Shown here one piece after another: positions 27,088 to 38,400 of a DNA stretch of 64,000 nt. The position numbers were made by a program, and so were the translations under genes. Below the pieces are notes generated by a model. It was not told the DNA's origin and did not search any database. It saw only the letters and a list, made by a program, of their open reading frames with translations. Each line of letters starts with the position of its first letter. Position 1 is the stretch's first letter. This stretch comes from Vicinamibacteria bacterium (GTDB lineage: Bacteria > Acidobacteriota > Vicinamibacteria > Vicinamibacterales > JAENWD01): the NCBI GenBank assembly GCA_963739995.1, contig CAVUCH010000011.1:934-64933 (forward strand), read 5' to 3'.

Positions 27088-29466
27088 GTGATCGGATCAA
27101 CGCTCGGACACTACCGGATCACCGCGCGGCTCGGTGGCGGCGGCATGGGCGAAGTCTACCGCGCCGAAGATACGCGCCTGGGCCGCGACGTCGCCGTCAA
27201 GGTGCTGCCCGTCGCGGCGCAGGGCGATCCCGAGCGGCGCTCGCGTTTCATGACCGAAGCGCGCGCCGCATCGGCCCTGCGCTCCCCCCACATCGCCACG
27301 ATCTACGACATCGGCGAAGATGATGGCGTGGTGTATCTCGCCATGGAGTACGTGGAAGGCGAGACGCTGTCAGCGCGGGTGAAACGTGGGCCCCTGGTGC
27401 CGGCCGAGGGGCTCGACATCGCGTCGCAGGTCGCCGACGCGCTCACGGAGGCGCACGAGCGCGGCATCGTGCACCGCGACATCAAGAGCGCCAACGTGAT
27501 GATCACGTCCCGCGGCGTCGCCAAGGTGCTCGACTTCGGACTCGCGAAGTTCGTGAGCGCGGACGCGCACCTGGGCCTCGCCGCCACCGGCACGTTCGAG
27601 CAGACGATGGCCGGGATGGTGCTGGGCACGGTGTACTACATGTCTCCCGAGCAGGCGCTCGGCCGGCCGCTGGACGGACGGTCCGATCTGTTCTCGCTCG
27701 GCGTCGTCCTGTACGAGATGCTGACGGGCCGGCTTCCCTTCGAGGGTCAGAGCTTCTCCGAGATCGTCGACGCCATCATCAACCAGCCGCCGCCCGCAGC
27801 CGCCCGCTTCAACTACGCGCTGACCCAGGACGTCGAGGCGATGCTGCGGAAGGCGCTCGAGAAGAACGTTGCCTACCGCTACCAGTCCGCGCGCGACTTC
27901 TACATCGATCTGCGGAGCGCCCGGATCGCCCTCGAGGAAGAGGCGCGCCACCGCACGAGCGGCTCCCGGCGATCCGGTTCGCGCCCGGTTTCGGATGCGC
28001 AACCCCGCTCGATTGCCGTCATCACCTTCACGAACATCACGCGCGAGCCGGCCGACGAGTGGATTGGATCGGGCATCGCGGAGACCGTCAGCTCGGATTT
28101 GAAGAGCATCCACGGCCTGACCGTGATTGGCCGCGAGCGCATCTTCGACGCCCTCCGCAACCTGCAGACCGGCGAAACCCCGGCGGTCGACGATCGGTTT
28201 TCGATCGAAATTGGGCGCGACCTCGGCGCGCGCTGGATCGTGGCCGGGGGCTACCAGCGGTTCGGCGCCGAGATCCGCATCACCGCCCGCTTCGTCGAGG
28301 TGGCAACCGGGGTCGTCTTGCAGAACGTGAAGATCGACGGCCCGCTCGCCGACATCTTCCGCCTCCAGGACCGGATCGTCTTCGAGCTGACGCAGGGTCT
28401 GCAGGTGGAGCTCGCCGGGTCGGAGATCGCCGACATCGAGAAGCCCGAGACCAGATCGGTCGAGGCGTACGAGCTGTTTTCGCTGGGCGTCCTGACGCTG
28501 CGCCTCGCGTCCCGGGATGCGCCCGACCGGGCGATCTCGCTCTTCGAGAAGGCGCTGGCGCTCGATGCCGAGTACGCGCAGGCGTGGGCAGGGCTCGGCG
28601 GCGCGTACCAGCTGAAGGGGACATTCCTCAACCTGCCGGAGCTGCTCGAGAAGGCGATCACCTGCGAAGAGCGCGCCCTGGCGCTCGACCCGGATCTGGC
28701 GGACGCGCACACGTGGCTCGGCGCCGCCCTCCTGTCGCTCGGGCGGGTGGACGAGGCCATGGCCTCGCTCGAGCGCGCAACCGCACTGGAGCCGGGTCAG
28801 GCGCGCCCGTGGAGCATGCTCGCGCGCGCACACTGGATTGGCCGCGGCGATCTGCCGCAGGGCATCGCGGCGCTCGAGAAGGCGGTTGCCATCAACCCCC
28901 AGTTCGGGTACGGCCAACTCCAGCTCGCGTTCCTGCATACCGAGCAGGGCGACTACGCCCGCGCGCGGGCGGCGGCGACCACCGCGGTCGATCTTCAGGA
29001 GCGGTACATCTCAGGCGAGGAGGGGCTCCTGGTGGTCGGGGCGCACGCGCGGCTTGGATACGTCCACTACCGCGAGGGACGCTACGCCGATGCCGTGCAG
29101 GAATACCTGCGCGAGCTGGCCTTCCTCGGCTCGACCGATCACGTGCTGAAAGAGCGCACCCTGATCGAGCTGCACCAGAAGCTCGGAGCCGCGTATCGGC
29201 GCCTCGGGCAGACCGCTGACGCCGACCGTCACCTCGGGCTCGCGATCCGCAGCTTCGAGGAACGCGTCGCGCGCGGTGCGGATGACCCGGCAACGAAGTA
29301 CTACGCCGCCATCGCGCTGGCGCTGCGTGGGGACACGGACCGAGCGGTCAAGTATCTCGAGGAGACCTGGCCGCGCACCGGCGCCCTGAACCGCCTCCGC
29401 GTGGCGCGGGATCCCGATCTCGAGAGCGTCAGGCCCGCGCTCGCGGCGAAGGGGCTGCTGGACTGA
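27088..29466 (+). CDS. Ser/Thr protein kinase with a central periplasmic-type domain and C-terminal TPR repeats
   Basis: [23 protein letters not shown]...VAVKVL...[11 protein letters not shown]...DFGLAKF are the kinase motifs. The C-terminal half has TPR-like repeats ([46 protein letters not shown], etc.). The start is GTG. Confidence 0.88.
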   Translation: MIGSTLGHYRITARLGGGGMGEVYRAEDTRLGRDVAVKVLPVAAQGDPERRSRFMTEARAASALRSPHIATIYDIGEDDGVVYLAMEYVEGETLSARVKRGPLVPAEGLDIASQVADALTEAHERGIVHRDIKSANVMITSRGVAKVLDFGLAKFVSADAHLGLAATGTFEQTMAGMVLGTVYYMSPEQALGRPLDGRSDLFSLGVVLYEMLTGRLPFEGQSFSEIVDAIINQPPPAAARFNYALTQDVEAMLRKALEKNVAYRYQSARDFYIDLRSARIALEEEARHRTSGSRRSGSRPVSDAQPRSIAVITFTNITREPADEWIGSGIAETVSSDLKSIHGLTVIGRERIFDALRNLQTGETPAVDDRFSIEIGRDLGARWIVAGGYQRFGAEIRITARFVEVATGVVLQNVKIDGPLADIFRLQDRIVFELTQGLQVELAGSEIADIEKPETRSVEAYELFSLGVLTLRLASRDAPDRAISLFEKALALDAEYAQAWAGLGGAYQLKGTFLNLPELLEKAITCEERALALDPDLADAHTWLGAALLSLGRVDEAMASLERATALEPGQARPWSMLARAHWIGRGDLPQGIAALEKAVAINPQFGYGQLQLAFLHTEQGDYARARAAATTAVDLQERYISGEEGLLVVGAHARLGYVHYREGRYADAVQEYLRELAFLGSTDHVLKERTLIELHQKLGAAYRRLGQTADADRHLGLAIRSFEERVARGADDPATKYYAAIALALRGDTDRAVKYLEETWPRTGALNRLRVARDPDLESVRPALAAKGLLD

Positions 29467-29605
29467 GAACGCAGCCCAGCGGTTGTCCGTACACGAAGAA
29501 AACGAGGAACACTGGGAACAGAGGACGACACAAGGGGGACAGCCCGACCGGATGGCGGTGCGTGTGCTCTTGACAGGTGCTCCGGCGACCCGCGGCGGCC
29601 GGGCC

Positions 29606-31498
29606 TCAGTCCCGCTGCATCGCCGCGACGTGCGACACGGTGCTCCCGGAGAGCAGCGCACGGATCTCCGCAGCGTCGAGCGACTCGTGCTGGAGCAGTT
29701 CCTCGGCCATGGCGCGCACCGAGGCGCGCCGTTCCTCCAGCAGCCGGCGCGCGACCTCGTAACCGCGCATCACCAGCTCGCGGATCTCGTCGTCCACCCG
29801 ATGCGCGGTCGCTTCGCTGAATCCAGCGCCCTGGTCGTCGGTGCCGAAGTTGTTCGAGGGCCGCCGGAACGCGATCGGGCCGAGCGCCGACATGCCGAAC
29901 TCGCACACCATCCGCCGGGCGATCTCGGTCGCGCGCTCGATGTCGTTGCCCGCGCCGCTCGTCATGTGGCGCATGAACATCTCTTCGGCCACGCGGCCAC
30001 CCATCAGGATCGCGATCTTCGCCTCGAGGTAGTCGCGCGTGTGCGTGTGCCGGTCGGTCTCGGGCAACTGCATCGTCACGCCGAGCGCGCGGCCGCGCGG
30101 AATGATCGTCACCTTGTGGAGGGGATCCGCACCCGGCAGCATCGCCGCCACGACCGCGTGGCCGGCCTCGTGGTAGGCGCAGTTGATGCGCTCGTCCTCG
30201 CTCATGACCAGGGACCGCCGCTCGACGCCCATGAGAACCTTGTCGCGCGCCGCCTCGAGGTCGTCGTTGCTGACCTGCACGCGCCCGTGGCGCGCCGCGA
30301 GCAGTGCGCCTTCGTTGATCAGGTTCGCGAGATCGGCGCCCGAGAAGCCGGGCGTGCCCCGGGCGATGCCGCGCAGGTCCACACCCGGCGCCAGCGACAC
30401 CTTCCGCGCGTGCACGCCAAGGATCGCCTCGCGTCCCTTCAGGTCCGGGTTGCCCACGACGACCTGCCGATCGAACCGTCCCGGGCGCAGCAGCGCCGCG
30501 TCGAGGATGTCCTGGCGGTTCGTGGCCGCGAGCACCACGATCCCGAGGTTGGGGGCGAAGCCATCCATCTCGACGAGCAGCTGGTTCAGCGTCTGCTCGC
30601 GCTCCTCGTGGCTGAGCGAGCTGCTGCCACGGCTCCGGCCGACCGCGTCGAGCTCGTCGATGAACACGATGCACGACTTGTGGCGCCGTGCATCCTTGAA
30701 CAGCTTGCGGACGCGCGCGGCGCCGACGCCGGCATACATCTCTACGAAGTCGGAGCCGCTCGCGAACACGAACGGCACGCCCGCTTCCCCCGCAATGGAG
30801 CGCGCCAGCAGCGTCTTGCCCGTGCCGGGAGGTCCGACGAGCAGCACCCCCTTCGGGATGCGGCCACCAATGGAGCCATAGCGCTCCGGCTCGCGCAGGA
30901 ACTCGACGATTTCGCGCACCTCGTCTTTCGCCTCGTCGACGCCGGCGACATCCGCGAAGGTCACGACCGTGTTGTCGCGCGTCAACATGCGGCCGCTGCC
31001 CTCCATTGACGGCATGCGGCCGGCCGTGACCCGATAGACGGTCAGCCCGATGAGACCGAGAAACGCGGCGCCGGCGAGCAGGCCCACGTAGTGGTAGATG
31101 GCGTCCGACGACGACTGCTCGACGCGGAACGTCACCTGGCGCCGGGATAGATCGCTGAGGAAGGTCGGGTTGGCGGCTGCGTATCCAGGCGGTGCCACGG
31201 TGACGGCCTCACTGCCATCCGCCAGCTCGACGCGCATCCGGTCAGGCGACATCGCGATCGCGCGGACCCTTCCCTCGGCGATGAGCGAGAGCAGCTCGGT
31301 GAACGCGAGGTCCCGCGGCCCCTCACCGCCACGACGCACGCCGAGGAACACGAGCAGGGTGACGGCGACGCACCCCGCCGCGATGACGAGGGTCTTACGG
31401 GACCGCGAGCTGCCTCTAAACACCCTGGACTCCGGTGGTTCGGGCGCATCCCGCCGCAAGCGTCGCCTGCAGACCGGGAAGCGCGCACCCGGCGACAC
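29606..31498 (-). CDS. ftsH: ATP-dependent zinc metalloprotease FtsH
   Basis: The AAA module is GVLLVGPPGTGKTLLARSIAGEAGVPF and IVFIDELDAVG. The SRH is present. The protease motif is HEAGHAVV. An alternative start at GTG 31423 (GGAG 6 nt upstream) would give a more typical short N-terminus. Confidence 0.93.
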   Translation of the reverse strand: MSPGARFPVCRRRLRRDAPEPPESRVFRGSSRSRKTLVIAAGCVAVTLLVFLGVRRGGEGPRDLAFTELLSLIAEGRVRAIAMSPDRMRVELADGSEAVTVAPPGYAAANPTFLSDLSRRQVTFRVEQSSSDAIYHYVGLLAGAAFLGLIGLTVYRVTAGRMPSMEGSGRMLTRDNTVVTFADVAGVDEAKDEVREIVEFLREPERYGSIGGRIPKGVLLVGPPGTGKTLLARSIAGEAGVPFVFASGSDFVEMYAGVGAARVRKLFKDARRHKSCIVFIDELDAVGRSRGSSSLSHEEREQTLNQLLVEMDGFAPNLGIVVLAATNRQDILDAALLRPGRFDRQVVVGNPDLKGREAILGVHARKVSLAPGVDLRGIARGTPGFSGADLANLINEGALLAARHGRVQVSNDDLEAARDKVLMGVERRSLVMSEDERINCAYHEAGHAVVAAMLPGADPLHKVTIIPRGRALGVTMQLPETDRHTHTRDYLEAKIAILMGGRVAEEMFMRHMTSGAGNDIERATEIARRMVCEFGMSALGPIAFRRPSNNFGTDDQGAGFSEATAHRVDDEIRELVMRGYEVARRLLEERRASVRAMAEELLQHESLDAAEIRALLSGSTVSHVAAMQRD

Positions 31499-31767
31499 CC
31501 GTCCCGAGGACGGCGCGCCGGAGATTCAATATGGTGATGGGTCGCTGCAGAGCGTTGCAGCCCAGACGCAGTGTAGCGGGCGCATCCGACACCTGTAAAC
31601 CTCTGCAGTTCCGGATTGTTCGCTCGTCAGCCGAACCCGGCGTTGCGACGGAACTCCGCGTGCATGCAGGGTATCGGCACAACGTGCACGGCGCTTCACC
31701 GCTCCTGCACCTCGCGGGCGACGGTGTGCTGCAGAGGCGGGCATCGACCCGCCGCCGGGGCAGGACC

Positions 31768-32496
31768 ATGGTTCGAATCGGCTGTTCCGGCTGGCAATAC
31801 AAGCACTGGCAGGGCGACTTCTACCCCGCCGACCTGCGCACGAGCGAGTGGTTCGGGCGTTACGCCGCAACCTTCGACACCGTCGAGATCAACAACAGCT
31901 TCTACCGCTTGCCCGAGGCGCACACGTTCCGCAGCTGGCGCGAGCGCGCCCCTGCCGGGTTCCTGTTTGCCGTCAAAGCGAGCCGGTTTCTCACGCACAT
32001 GAAGAAGCTGAAGGATCCCGAGGAGCCCCTTCGGCGTTTTTTCGAGAACGCCGCGCCCCTCGGGGCGACGCTGGGGCCCGTGCTCTACCAGCTGCCGCCG
32101 CGCTGGCCGCTCGATCTCGATCGGTTGCGTCGATTTCTCGGAGCGCTGCCAACAGGCGTGCGGCACGTGGTCGAATTCCGGGAACCGAGCTGGTATGCGC
32201 AGGAGGCCCTGGCACTGCTCGAGGCGCACGGCGTTGCGCTGTGCCTGCACGACATGATGGGGTCCGCGAGCGGGCTCCGGCGCGTGGGTCCTTTCGTATA
32301 TGTCCGCTTCCACGGCGTGACGAAGTATGGCGGGCGGTACGGCGACGAGGAGCTGCAGCCATGGGCCGATTGGCTGCGCGCGGAGCACTCGTCCGGACGG
32401 GAGGTGTTCGCGTATTTCAACAACGACATCGGCGGACATGCGCCGCGGGACGCGCTGAGGCTTCGGGACATGGTGCGGGCGATTGGCCGGGGTTGA
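31768..32496 (+). CDS. DUF72 (YecE-like) domain-containing protein
   Basis: MVRIGCSGWQYKHWQGDFYPADL...FDTVEINNSFYRLP...FLFAVKASRFLTH...VYVRFHG is the DUF72 signature along the full length. The start is ATG 31768. Confidence 0.88.
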   Translation: MVRIGCSGWQYKHWQGDFYPADLRTSEWFGRYAATFDTVEINNSFYRLPEAHTFRSWRERAPAGFLFAVKASRFLTHMKKLKDPEEPLRRFFENAAPLGATLGPVLYQLPPRWPLDLDRLRRFLGALPTGVRHVVEFREPSWYAQEALALLEAHGVALCLHDMMGSASGLRRVGPFVYVRFHGVTKYGGRYGDEELQPWADWLRAEHSSGREVFAYFNNDIGGHAPRDALRLRDMVRAIGRG

Positions 32497-32511
32497 AGTC
32501 CCGGCGCCACA
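32487..32511 (+). repeat. 25-nt hairpin element copy 5 (CCGGGGT-TGAA-GTCCCGG-CGCCACA)
   Basis: The stem includes two G-U wobble positions. The DUF72 stop codon TGA (32494-32496) is in the loop. Confidence 0.8.
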
Positions 32512-32553
32512 TCACGGGTACGCTCGCCACATCATCGATCCGGGCGCCACATC
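32505..32553. repeat. three direct copies of CGCCACATC at an exact 20-bp spacing
   Basis: CGCCACATC starts at 32505, 32525 and 32545. The first copy is the tail of hairpin element copy 5. The repeats lie between the convergent DUF72 and TLC-HEAT genes. Confidence 0.85.
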
Positions 32554-32580
32554 CCCCGCGTCCGATTCGCACGCCCGACG

Positions 32581-35382
32581 CTACTTGCGCATGTCCGTGT
32601 TCGAAGACCCCGCCGTCGCCCTGGCCTGCTTCGCGGTTTCCCTCAGCAGCGGGTCGGCCGCATCCACCCAGCGCTCGAGATAGTGGGCCAGCGAGCCGAG
32701 ATGCAGCGTGCCGATCGCGTACGCGGCGCAGGCCTGCAGCCACGGGTCGCCGCTCTCGGCGAGGAGCGCGGCTGCTTCCTCCCGCGTGGAGACGGTCGTG
32801 CCGAGCGTGCGGTTCGCCAGCGCGACGCGCTGCTGCACGCTCACATCGCTGTCGAGCAACGGCAGGAGCAGCGTCCGCAGCTGCGGTTTGAGGATGTTCT
32901 CGAGGAACTCCAGCGCGTTGTCATGGATGTCGCGCTTCGAAGACTGCAGGCCCACGTACGCGCTCTCCAGGTCGTACACGGGCGAAAGGAGCTTCACGAG
33001 CCGGAAGATGCGCTCCACCTCCTGCATCATCGACTCCCGAAGCCCCTGGGCGACCGGCTCGCTCGAGTTCGCGGCGTAGTCGAGCGTGCCGAGAATCTGG
33101 TACGACCGGAGATGCCCCATCACCTCCGCCGCAAGCACGGTCTCGACCAGCTTCACATCCAGCGGGCGGGACGATCCGGCGGCCCGCAGCTTGTTGAGCG
33201 CCGTGAGCACGCGGAACCGGAGGACCGTGTCGCCATCGAGCAGGCTTTCCGTGAGCACCCCCTCGGCCGCTGTCGATCCGATGCGCAGCAGCACCCCCGG
33301 GATTTCACGCCGGATGGCCGCGGCCGTACTCTGGTCCATCAGGTGATCGCGCAGCGTGCCGATGACGCGATCCTCGTACTGGGCGAGTGCCTCCGTCGCA
33401 TCCTCGGAGAGGCGCTCGTCAGCCAGCCGGCGGATCAGCGTGTCGATGAATCGGCGCTTCCGTGACCGTCCGGCGGCGTGCATGGCGTGCCGCAGCACGT
33501 CGGGATCCTCGCTCGCGAGCATCTCCGTCAGCTGCGCGTCGAAGACGTCTGGAAGACGCTCCAGCAGCCGCGCGGCCTCCAGCCGGGTGCGCTGCTCTTC
33601 ATCGTGCACCATGCTCGTGAACATCAAGTGGGCCGCCGCGAGATTCTGGGTCTCGCCGGGCTGCGCGAGAAACGACACCATCGCCGAGCGGATGGAGAAA
33701 TCGGGAAAATTGCCGAGCTGCTCGACGCGTTCGAGCGGGTCGATGTGGGCGTGGTGCGCGATGTAGAGCAGCGCTTCGGTGCGGACCGAGAGGTCTGGAT
33801 CGTACAGGAGCCGCTCGACGTCGCTGCGCACGGAGAGGTCGCCGTCCTCGTTCAGCACCGCCACCGCGCGCGCCCGCACCGCCGCCGCCCCATGCTTCAG
33901 GAGGCCGCGCACCACCGGGTGTGACGCGCCCGAGTGCCCCGCCGTGAACAGCTCGAGTGCGTACAGGATGCGCTCGGGATCATCGCTGGCCATCTGCGCC
34001 GTGAGGATCTCGGTGGCAGCCTTGTCGAGGACGGTGACGTTCGCGCGCTGCACGTGGCGGCGATGGTCGTCGATGCTCTTCCCGAGATTGGTGACGTACT
34101 GCCGCTGCGCGACCCAGGCCGCCGTGAGCCACCCGGCCAGGAGCAGCAGGTTCACCCAGGAGATCTGCCACGCCGGCCAATGGAGGACCGTGGCGAGCAG
34201 CAGGATGACGAGGCCGGAGAGCCCGTCGCCCAGCCGCCACACCACCGTGTCGATGAACGACTTCACCTGCAGCGTCTGCGCCGCCGGGAGTGGCAGGTAC
34301 AGCAGTTCCGCCGCCGGCCGGTCGATCGAATAGCGCAGCACCTGGTCACTGCCGCGAAGCAGGATGGCCGCGGCGAACGAGCCGGAGACGAGCAGCCCGA
34401 CGGATCCCAGCGCCAGCGCCGTGGGCACGATCGACAGCGCCACGCCCAGTCCGTACCTCCGGAGCAGCCGCGACGTCAGCAGCCACTGGAGCGCCAGCGA
34501 CAGCAGGCCGGTATAGAAGGTGAAGCTGCCGAAGAACGCGGCCAGGCCGTTCTTGTCCTTGACGCCCTCGACGGCGATCGCCCTGAACTGCCAGGCGACG
34601 ATGGCCGTGACGAACGACGACACCAGGATCAGCGCGGCAATCGCCCTCAGATACGGCGAGGCGGCGATCTGCTGCACGCTCTCGCGGAACCCGGTCGGGC
34701 CGAGGCCGGCCGCTTCGCGCACCTCCTCCTCTCCCGGGTCCGGCGATTGCGCCAGATGGCGGAGGCGCCAGAGCCGGTCGACCAGCACCGCACACAGGAG
34801 CAGCGCAGCGGCCATGCCGATGAGGATGCTCTCGGCTCCGAAATGCATCGCCGTCTGCTGCACGACGAAGCCGCCGACGATGTTGCCGGAGATGGCACCG
34901 CTGCCGATGAAGCCGAACAGCCGCTTCGCTTCGCGCGTGGTGAGGACGTAGTTGGCCAGCGTCCACACCTGTGCTGCGGCAATCACGCCGAACATGCCGA
35001 CCCAGACGTAGACGACCGGCAGCACCCACGGCTGGTCGTGCCAGTGCGACAGGTACCAGAAGAGGATGGAGTTCGAGGCGAAGAAGACGAGGCTCCCGCT
35101 GATGAGCGTGCGCACCGAGACCCGCTGGCCGATGCGGATGTAGACGGCGACCCACACCCCGACGAGCAGGGCGACGGTGATATCGACATACGGCAGCTGG
35201 CGTGCGCTGAACCGGAAGAGGAACAGCGCGTCGCGGGTGGCCTTGCCCGCCACGAAGCTGCCAATCACCAGAAACAGGTAACTGAACAGCAGCACGCCGC
35301 GCTCGAGCTCGCCCGGACGGATGCCGAGCACCCGCGTCGCCAGCCGCGGGATGGGGGCCCAGAGGGGTCGCTGCGAATGCAT
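32581..35382 (-). CDS. TLC/Npt1-like (ATP:ADP antiporter-family MFS) transporter fused to a C-terminal HEAT/armadillo repeat domain, 933 aa
   Basis: The N-terminal 440 aa hold about 12 TM helices and begin ELERGVLLFSYLFLVIGSFVAGKATRDALFL (TLC/COG3202-like). The C-terminal 480 aa are helical repeats (AAVRARAVAVLNEDGD, DPDLSVRTEALLYIA, SEDPDVLRHAMHAAGRS). It is a paralogue of the neighbouring gene. Confidence 0.78.
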   Translation of the reverse strand: MHSQRPLWAPIPRLATRVLGIRPGELERGVLLFSYLFLVIGSFVAGKATRDALFLFRFSARQLPYVDITVALLVGVWVAVYIRIGQRVSVRTLISGSLVFFASNSILFWYLSHWHDQPWVLPVVYVWVGMFGVIAAAQVWTLANYVLTTREAKRLFGFIGSGAISGNIVGGFVVQQTAMHFGAESILIGMAAALLLCAVLVDRLWRLRHLAQSPDPGEEEVREAAGLGPTGFRESVQQIAASPYLRAIAALILVSSFVTAIVAWQFRAIAVEGVKDKNGLAAFFGSFTFYTGLLSLALQWLLTSRLLRRYGLGVALSIVPTALALGSVGLLVSGSFAAAILLRGSDQVLRYSIDRPAAELLYLPLPAAQTLQVKSFIDTVVWRLGDGLSGLVILLLATVLHWPAWQISWVNLLLLAGWLTAAWVAQRQYVTNLGKSIDDHRRHVQRANVTVLDKAATEILTAQMASDDPERILYALELFTAGHSGASHPVVRGLLKHGAAAVRARAVAVLNEDGDLSVRSDVERLLYDPDLSVRTEALLYIAHHAHIDPLERVEQLGNFPDFSIRSAMVSFLAQPGETQNLAAAHLMFTSMVHDEEQRTRLEAARLLERLPDVFDAQLTEMLASEDPDVLRHAMHAAGRSRKRRFIDTLIRRLADERLSEDATEALAQYEDRVIGTLRDHLMDQSTAAAIRREIPGVLLRIGSTAAEGVLTESLLDGDTVLRFRVLTALNKLRAAGSSRPLDVKLVETVLAAEVMGHLRSYQILGTLDYAANSSEPVAQGLRESMMQEVERIFRLVKLLSPVYDLESAYVGLQSSKRDIHDNALEFLENILKPQLRTLLLPLLDSDVSVQQRVALANRTLGTTVSTREEAAALLAESGDPWLQACAAYAIGTLHLGSLAHYLERWVDAADPLLRETAKQARATAGSSNTDMRK

Positions 35383-35497
35383 AGGAAGCGCGAGTGTATC
35401 CCGATTGCAGGGGCGATGCTTTGTTCCTGACCTGCACGGGATTAAGATCCGCCGGTCGCTCTTTTCGATCCGGTCTGCCCCAGAAAGGATATTCCAG

Positions 35498-38400
35498 ATG
35501 GCGCTCAGCCGCCGGCTGCTGGCTCCAATCGTGGAGCTACGGGAAAACGAGTCCGGGATTGCGGTCCTGATGTTCGCGTACTCGTTCCTCGCGATGACGG
35601 CCTACAACATCATCCAGCCGATCACGCGGTCCCGCTTCATCAGCTCGCTTGGCGCCGATAACCTCCCCTACGTCCTGCTCGTTTCGGTCTTCATCGTCGG
35701 CGGCATCATGCAGGGCTACAGCCGCCTCGGCAGCCTGGTGCCGCCGAAATGGGTGGTGCCTGTGACGCAGGGCGCGATGGTCGCGCTGCTCGCGGGGTTC
35801 TGGATGGCCGCCGGCTGGGGTTGGACGTCGGTGGACGTCGGCTTCTACCTGTTCGGCCAGATCTACGGAATTCTGCTCATCAGCCAGTTCTGGACGCTGG
35901 CGAACATCATCTTCGACCCGCGCCAGGCGAAGCGATTGTTCGGGTTCATCGGCGGCGGGGCGAGCCTCGGCGGGGTCGCGGGCGGGGCCATCACGTCCCT
36001 GCTCACGCGGACCGTCGGCAACGCGAACCTCATGCTGGTGAGCGCCGGCGTGCTGGCAGTGTGCGCGGTCGTCGTCGTGCTGGTGGTCCGACGGACGCGC
36101 AGCGAAGACCTCGCGGGGCTCGAGGAGGCTGGCAAGGAGGAAGGGGTCAGCGGCGGCGAGGCCATTCAGATGCTGCGGCGCAGCCGGCACCTGCAGATCA
36201 TTGCCGCCGTCATCGCGATGACCTCGATCGGCGCCGGCCTTATCGATCAGCAGCTCAACATGGCGACCGAGGCTGCCAAAGGGTCACAAGGCACGGACGC
36301 CATAACGGCCGTCCTGGCCAACGTCCGCGTGTACACGTCAGTCGTCGGCTTCGTGATCCAGGTCTGGTTGACGAGCAAGATCCAGCGGTTTCTCGGGATC
36401 GGCTTCGCCTTGATGATCTTGCCACTCGGGCTGGGATCGACGGCGCTGCTCATACTCCTCACCAGGCAGCTCTGGGCGCCGATGTTCGCGCGGGTCTTCG
36501 ACCAGTCGATCCGTTACACCGTCGATAAGACGTCGCGCGAAATCCTCTTTCTGCCGCTGCCGTCCGACATCAAGGCGAAGGCGAAGCCGTTCGTGGACGT
36601 GACGGTGGATCGGTTCGGTCGCGCGGCCAACGCGCTCATCCTGCTGGTGCTGATCAAGCCGTGGGGGCTGAACCTCTCATGGCCGCAGATCAGCTACGCC
36701 AGCCTCGTCGTGATGGCCGTGTGGATCGTCCTGGCGCTCCGGGCGAAGCGCGGCTACATGGTGGCCTTCCGGCGCAGCCTCGAGACCGACGACGTGCAGG
36801 CGCAGGATCTGCGCCACGCGGAGCCCGACCTGTTCACGATCGAAACGCTCGTGGAGGAGCTCGGCCATCCCGACGCGCGGCACGTGCTGCACGCGATTGA
36901 CCTGCTCGAAGGGTTCGACAAACGCCACCTGATCTCGCCGCTGCTGCTCCACCACGCTTCGCCGACCGTCCGGGCCCGGGCACTGCGCACCCTCGAAGCC
37001 GCGCGTCCCGACGTGCAGGCGCGGTGGTCGGCGGGCATCGAGCGCATGCTCAAGGACGAGCACCCCGAGGTGCGGGCAGCCGCCGTAGCCGCGCTGGCCG
37101 CTACACGCGGAGAACAGGCCGTCGGGGTGATGCGCCCGTTCCTCGAGGACCGGGACCCGCGGATGGTGGTGACCGCCGCAGCCGCGCTCGCCGACAGTCC
37201 CGCTGAAGAGGACGTGACGGCAGCGGAACACGCGCTGCGCACGCTGGCGCTCGACACGCGGCAGACGGCGGTCTCCGCCCGCCGCGAGGTCGCGCAGGCG
37301 CTCGGGCACATCAAGTCCCCGAGGTTCCGGCACCTGCTGGTGCCGTTGATGTACGACCCCGCGCGCGAGGTGGCGGAAGAGGCCATCCGAAGCGCCGGCC
37401 GGCTTGGCGCCGTCGACTACCTGTTCGTGGCGCCGCTGCTCGCGTTGCTGCGCAACCGGCTGCTGAAGGCACACGCGCGGCAGGTGCTCGTCGGGTATGG
37501 CGAAGGCATCGTGGAGACGCTCGCCTACTTCATGCGCGATGAAGAGGAAGACGTCTGGGTGCGGCGGCACATCCCGTCGACGCTCGCGCTCATCCCGACC
37601 CAGCAGTCGGTGGACGTGCTCCTCTCCGCGCTGGACGCACCGGACGGGTACCTGCGCTACAAAGCGCTCCGGGCGCTCGGGCGCATGAAGCGGGAACATC
37701 CGGAGCTGACCATCCCCACCGCGCCGGTCGAGGCGCTGGTCGTCAAGGAAACGAGCCGCTACTTCAACTACCTGGGCCTGCACTACAACGTGGTCGTCAG
37801 GGACCCGGTCGCCAAAGACACGCTGCTGGCGCGCGCGCTCCGCGAGAAGCTCGGCCGCACCGTGGACCGCATCTACTACCTGCTCGCCATGATCTACCCG
37901 TGGAAAGACATCGCCGCGGCCCGGTGGACACTCGAGCACGCCAGCGGCCGCGCCCGCGCGGGTGCCCTCGAGTACCTCGACAACCTGCTCACCGGCCAGA
38001 TGCGCAAGCGCGTCATCCCGGTGCTGGACGATGTGCCGCTCGAGGAGAAGGTGCGGCGTGGCAACCTGCTCCTGAAGTCCCGCGTGCGCGACGTGGAGGA
38101 CAGCCTGGCCCAACTGGTGCACGACGCGGATCAGATCGTTGCCGCCACCGCGATTCATTTCGTCGAGTCACGGGGTGTGTGGGCGCTCGCCGACGATCTG
38201 GAGTACACCCTCGAGCACCGCGAGGCAAAAGACTGGTACGTGTTCGAGGCGGCATCGTGGGCGCTCGCGGCCCAGCGGATGGCCGTCGACGAGCGGCGCA
38301 CGCGCTGGATGGAGCCGCTGCCCGCCGTGGAGCTCGCCGACCGGCTGCGACGCATGGCACTGTTCGACTACGTGTCGGTGGACGAACTGTTCCGCTTCGC

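Noticed and set aside
29491-29542. Purine-rich (about 80% A/G), nearly T-free tract between the convergent TPR kinase and ftsH genes.
   Set aside because: It is a real compositional oddity. I saw no repeat, hairpin or conserved motif in it that would support a functional claim, so it is probably just 3' UTR.
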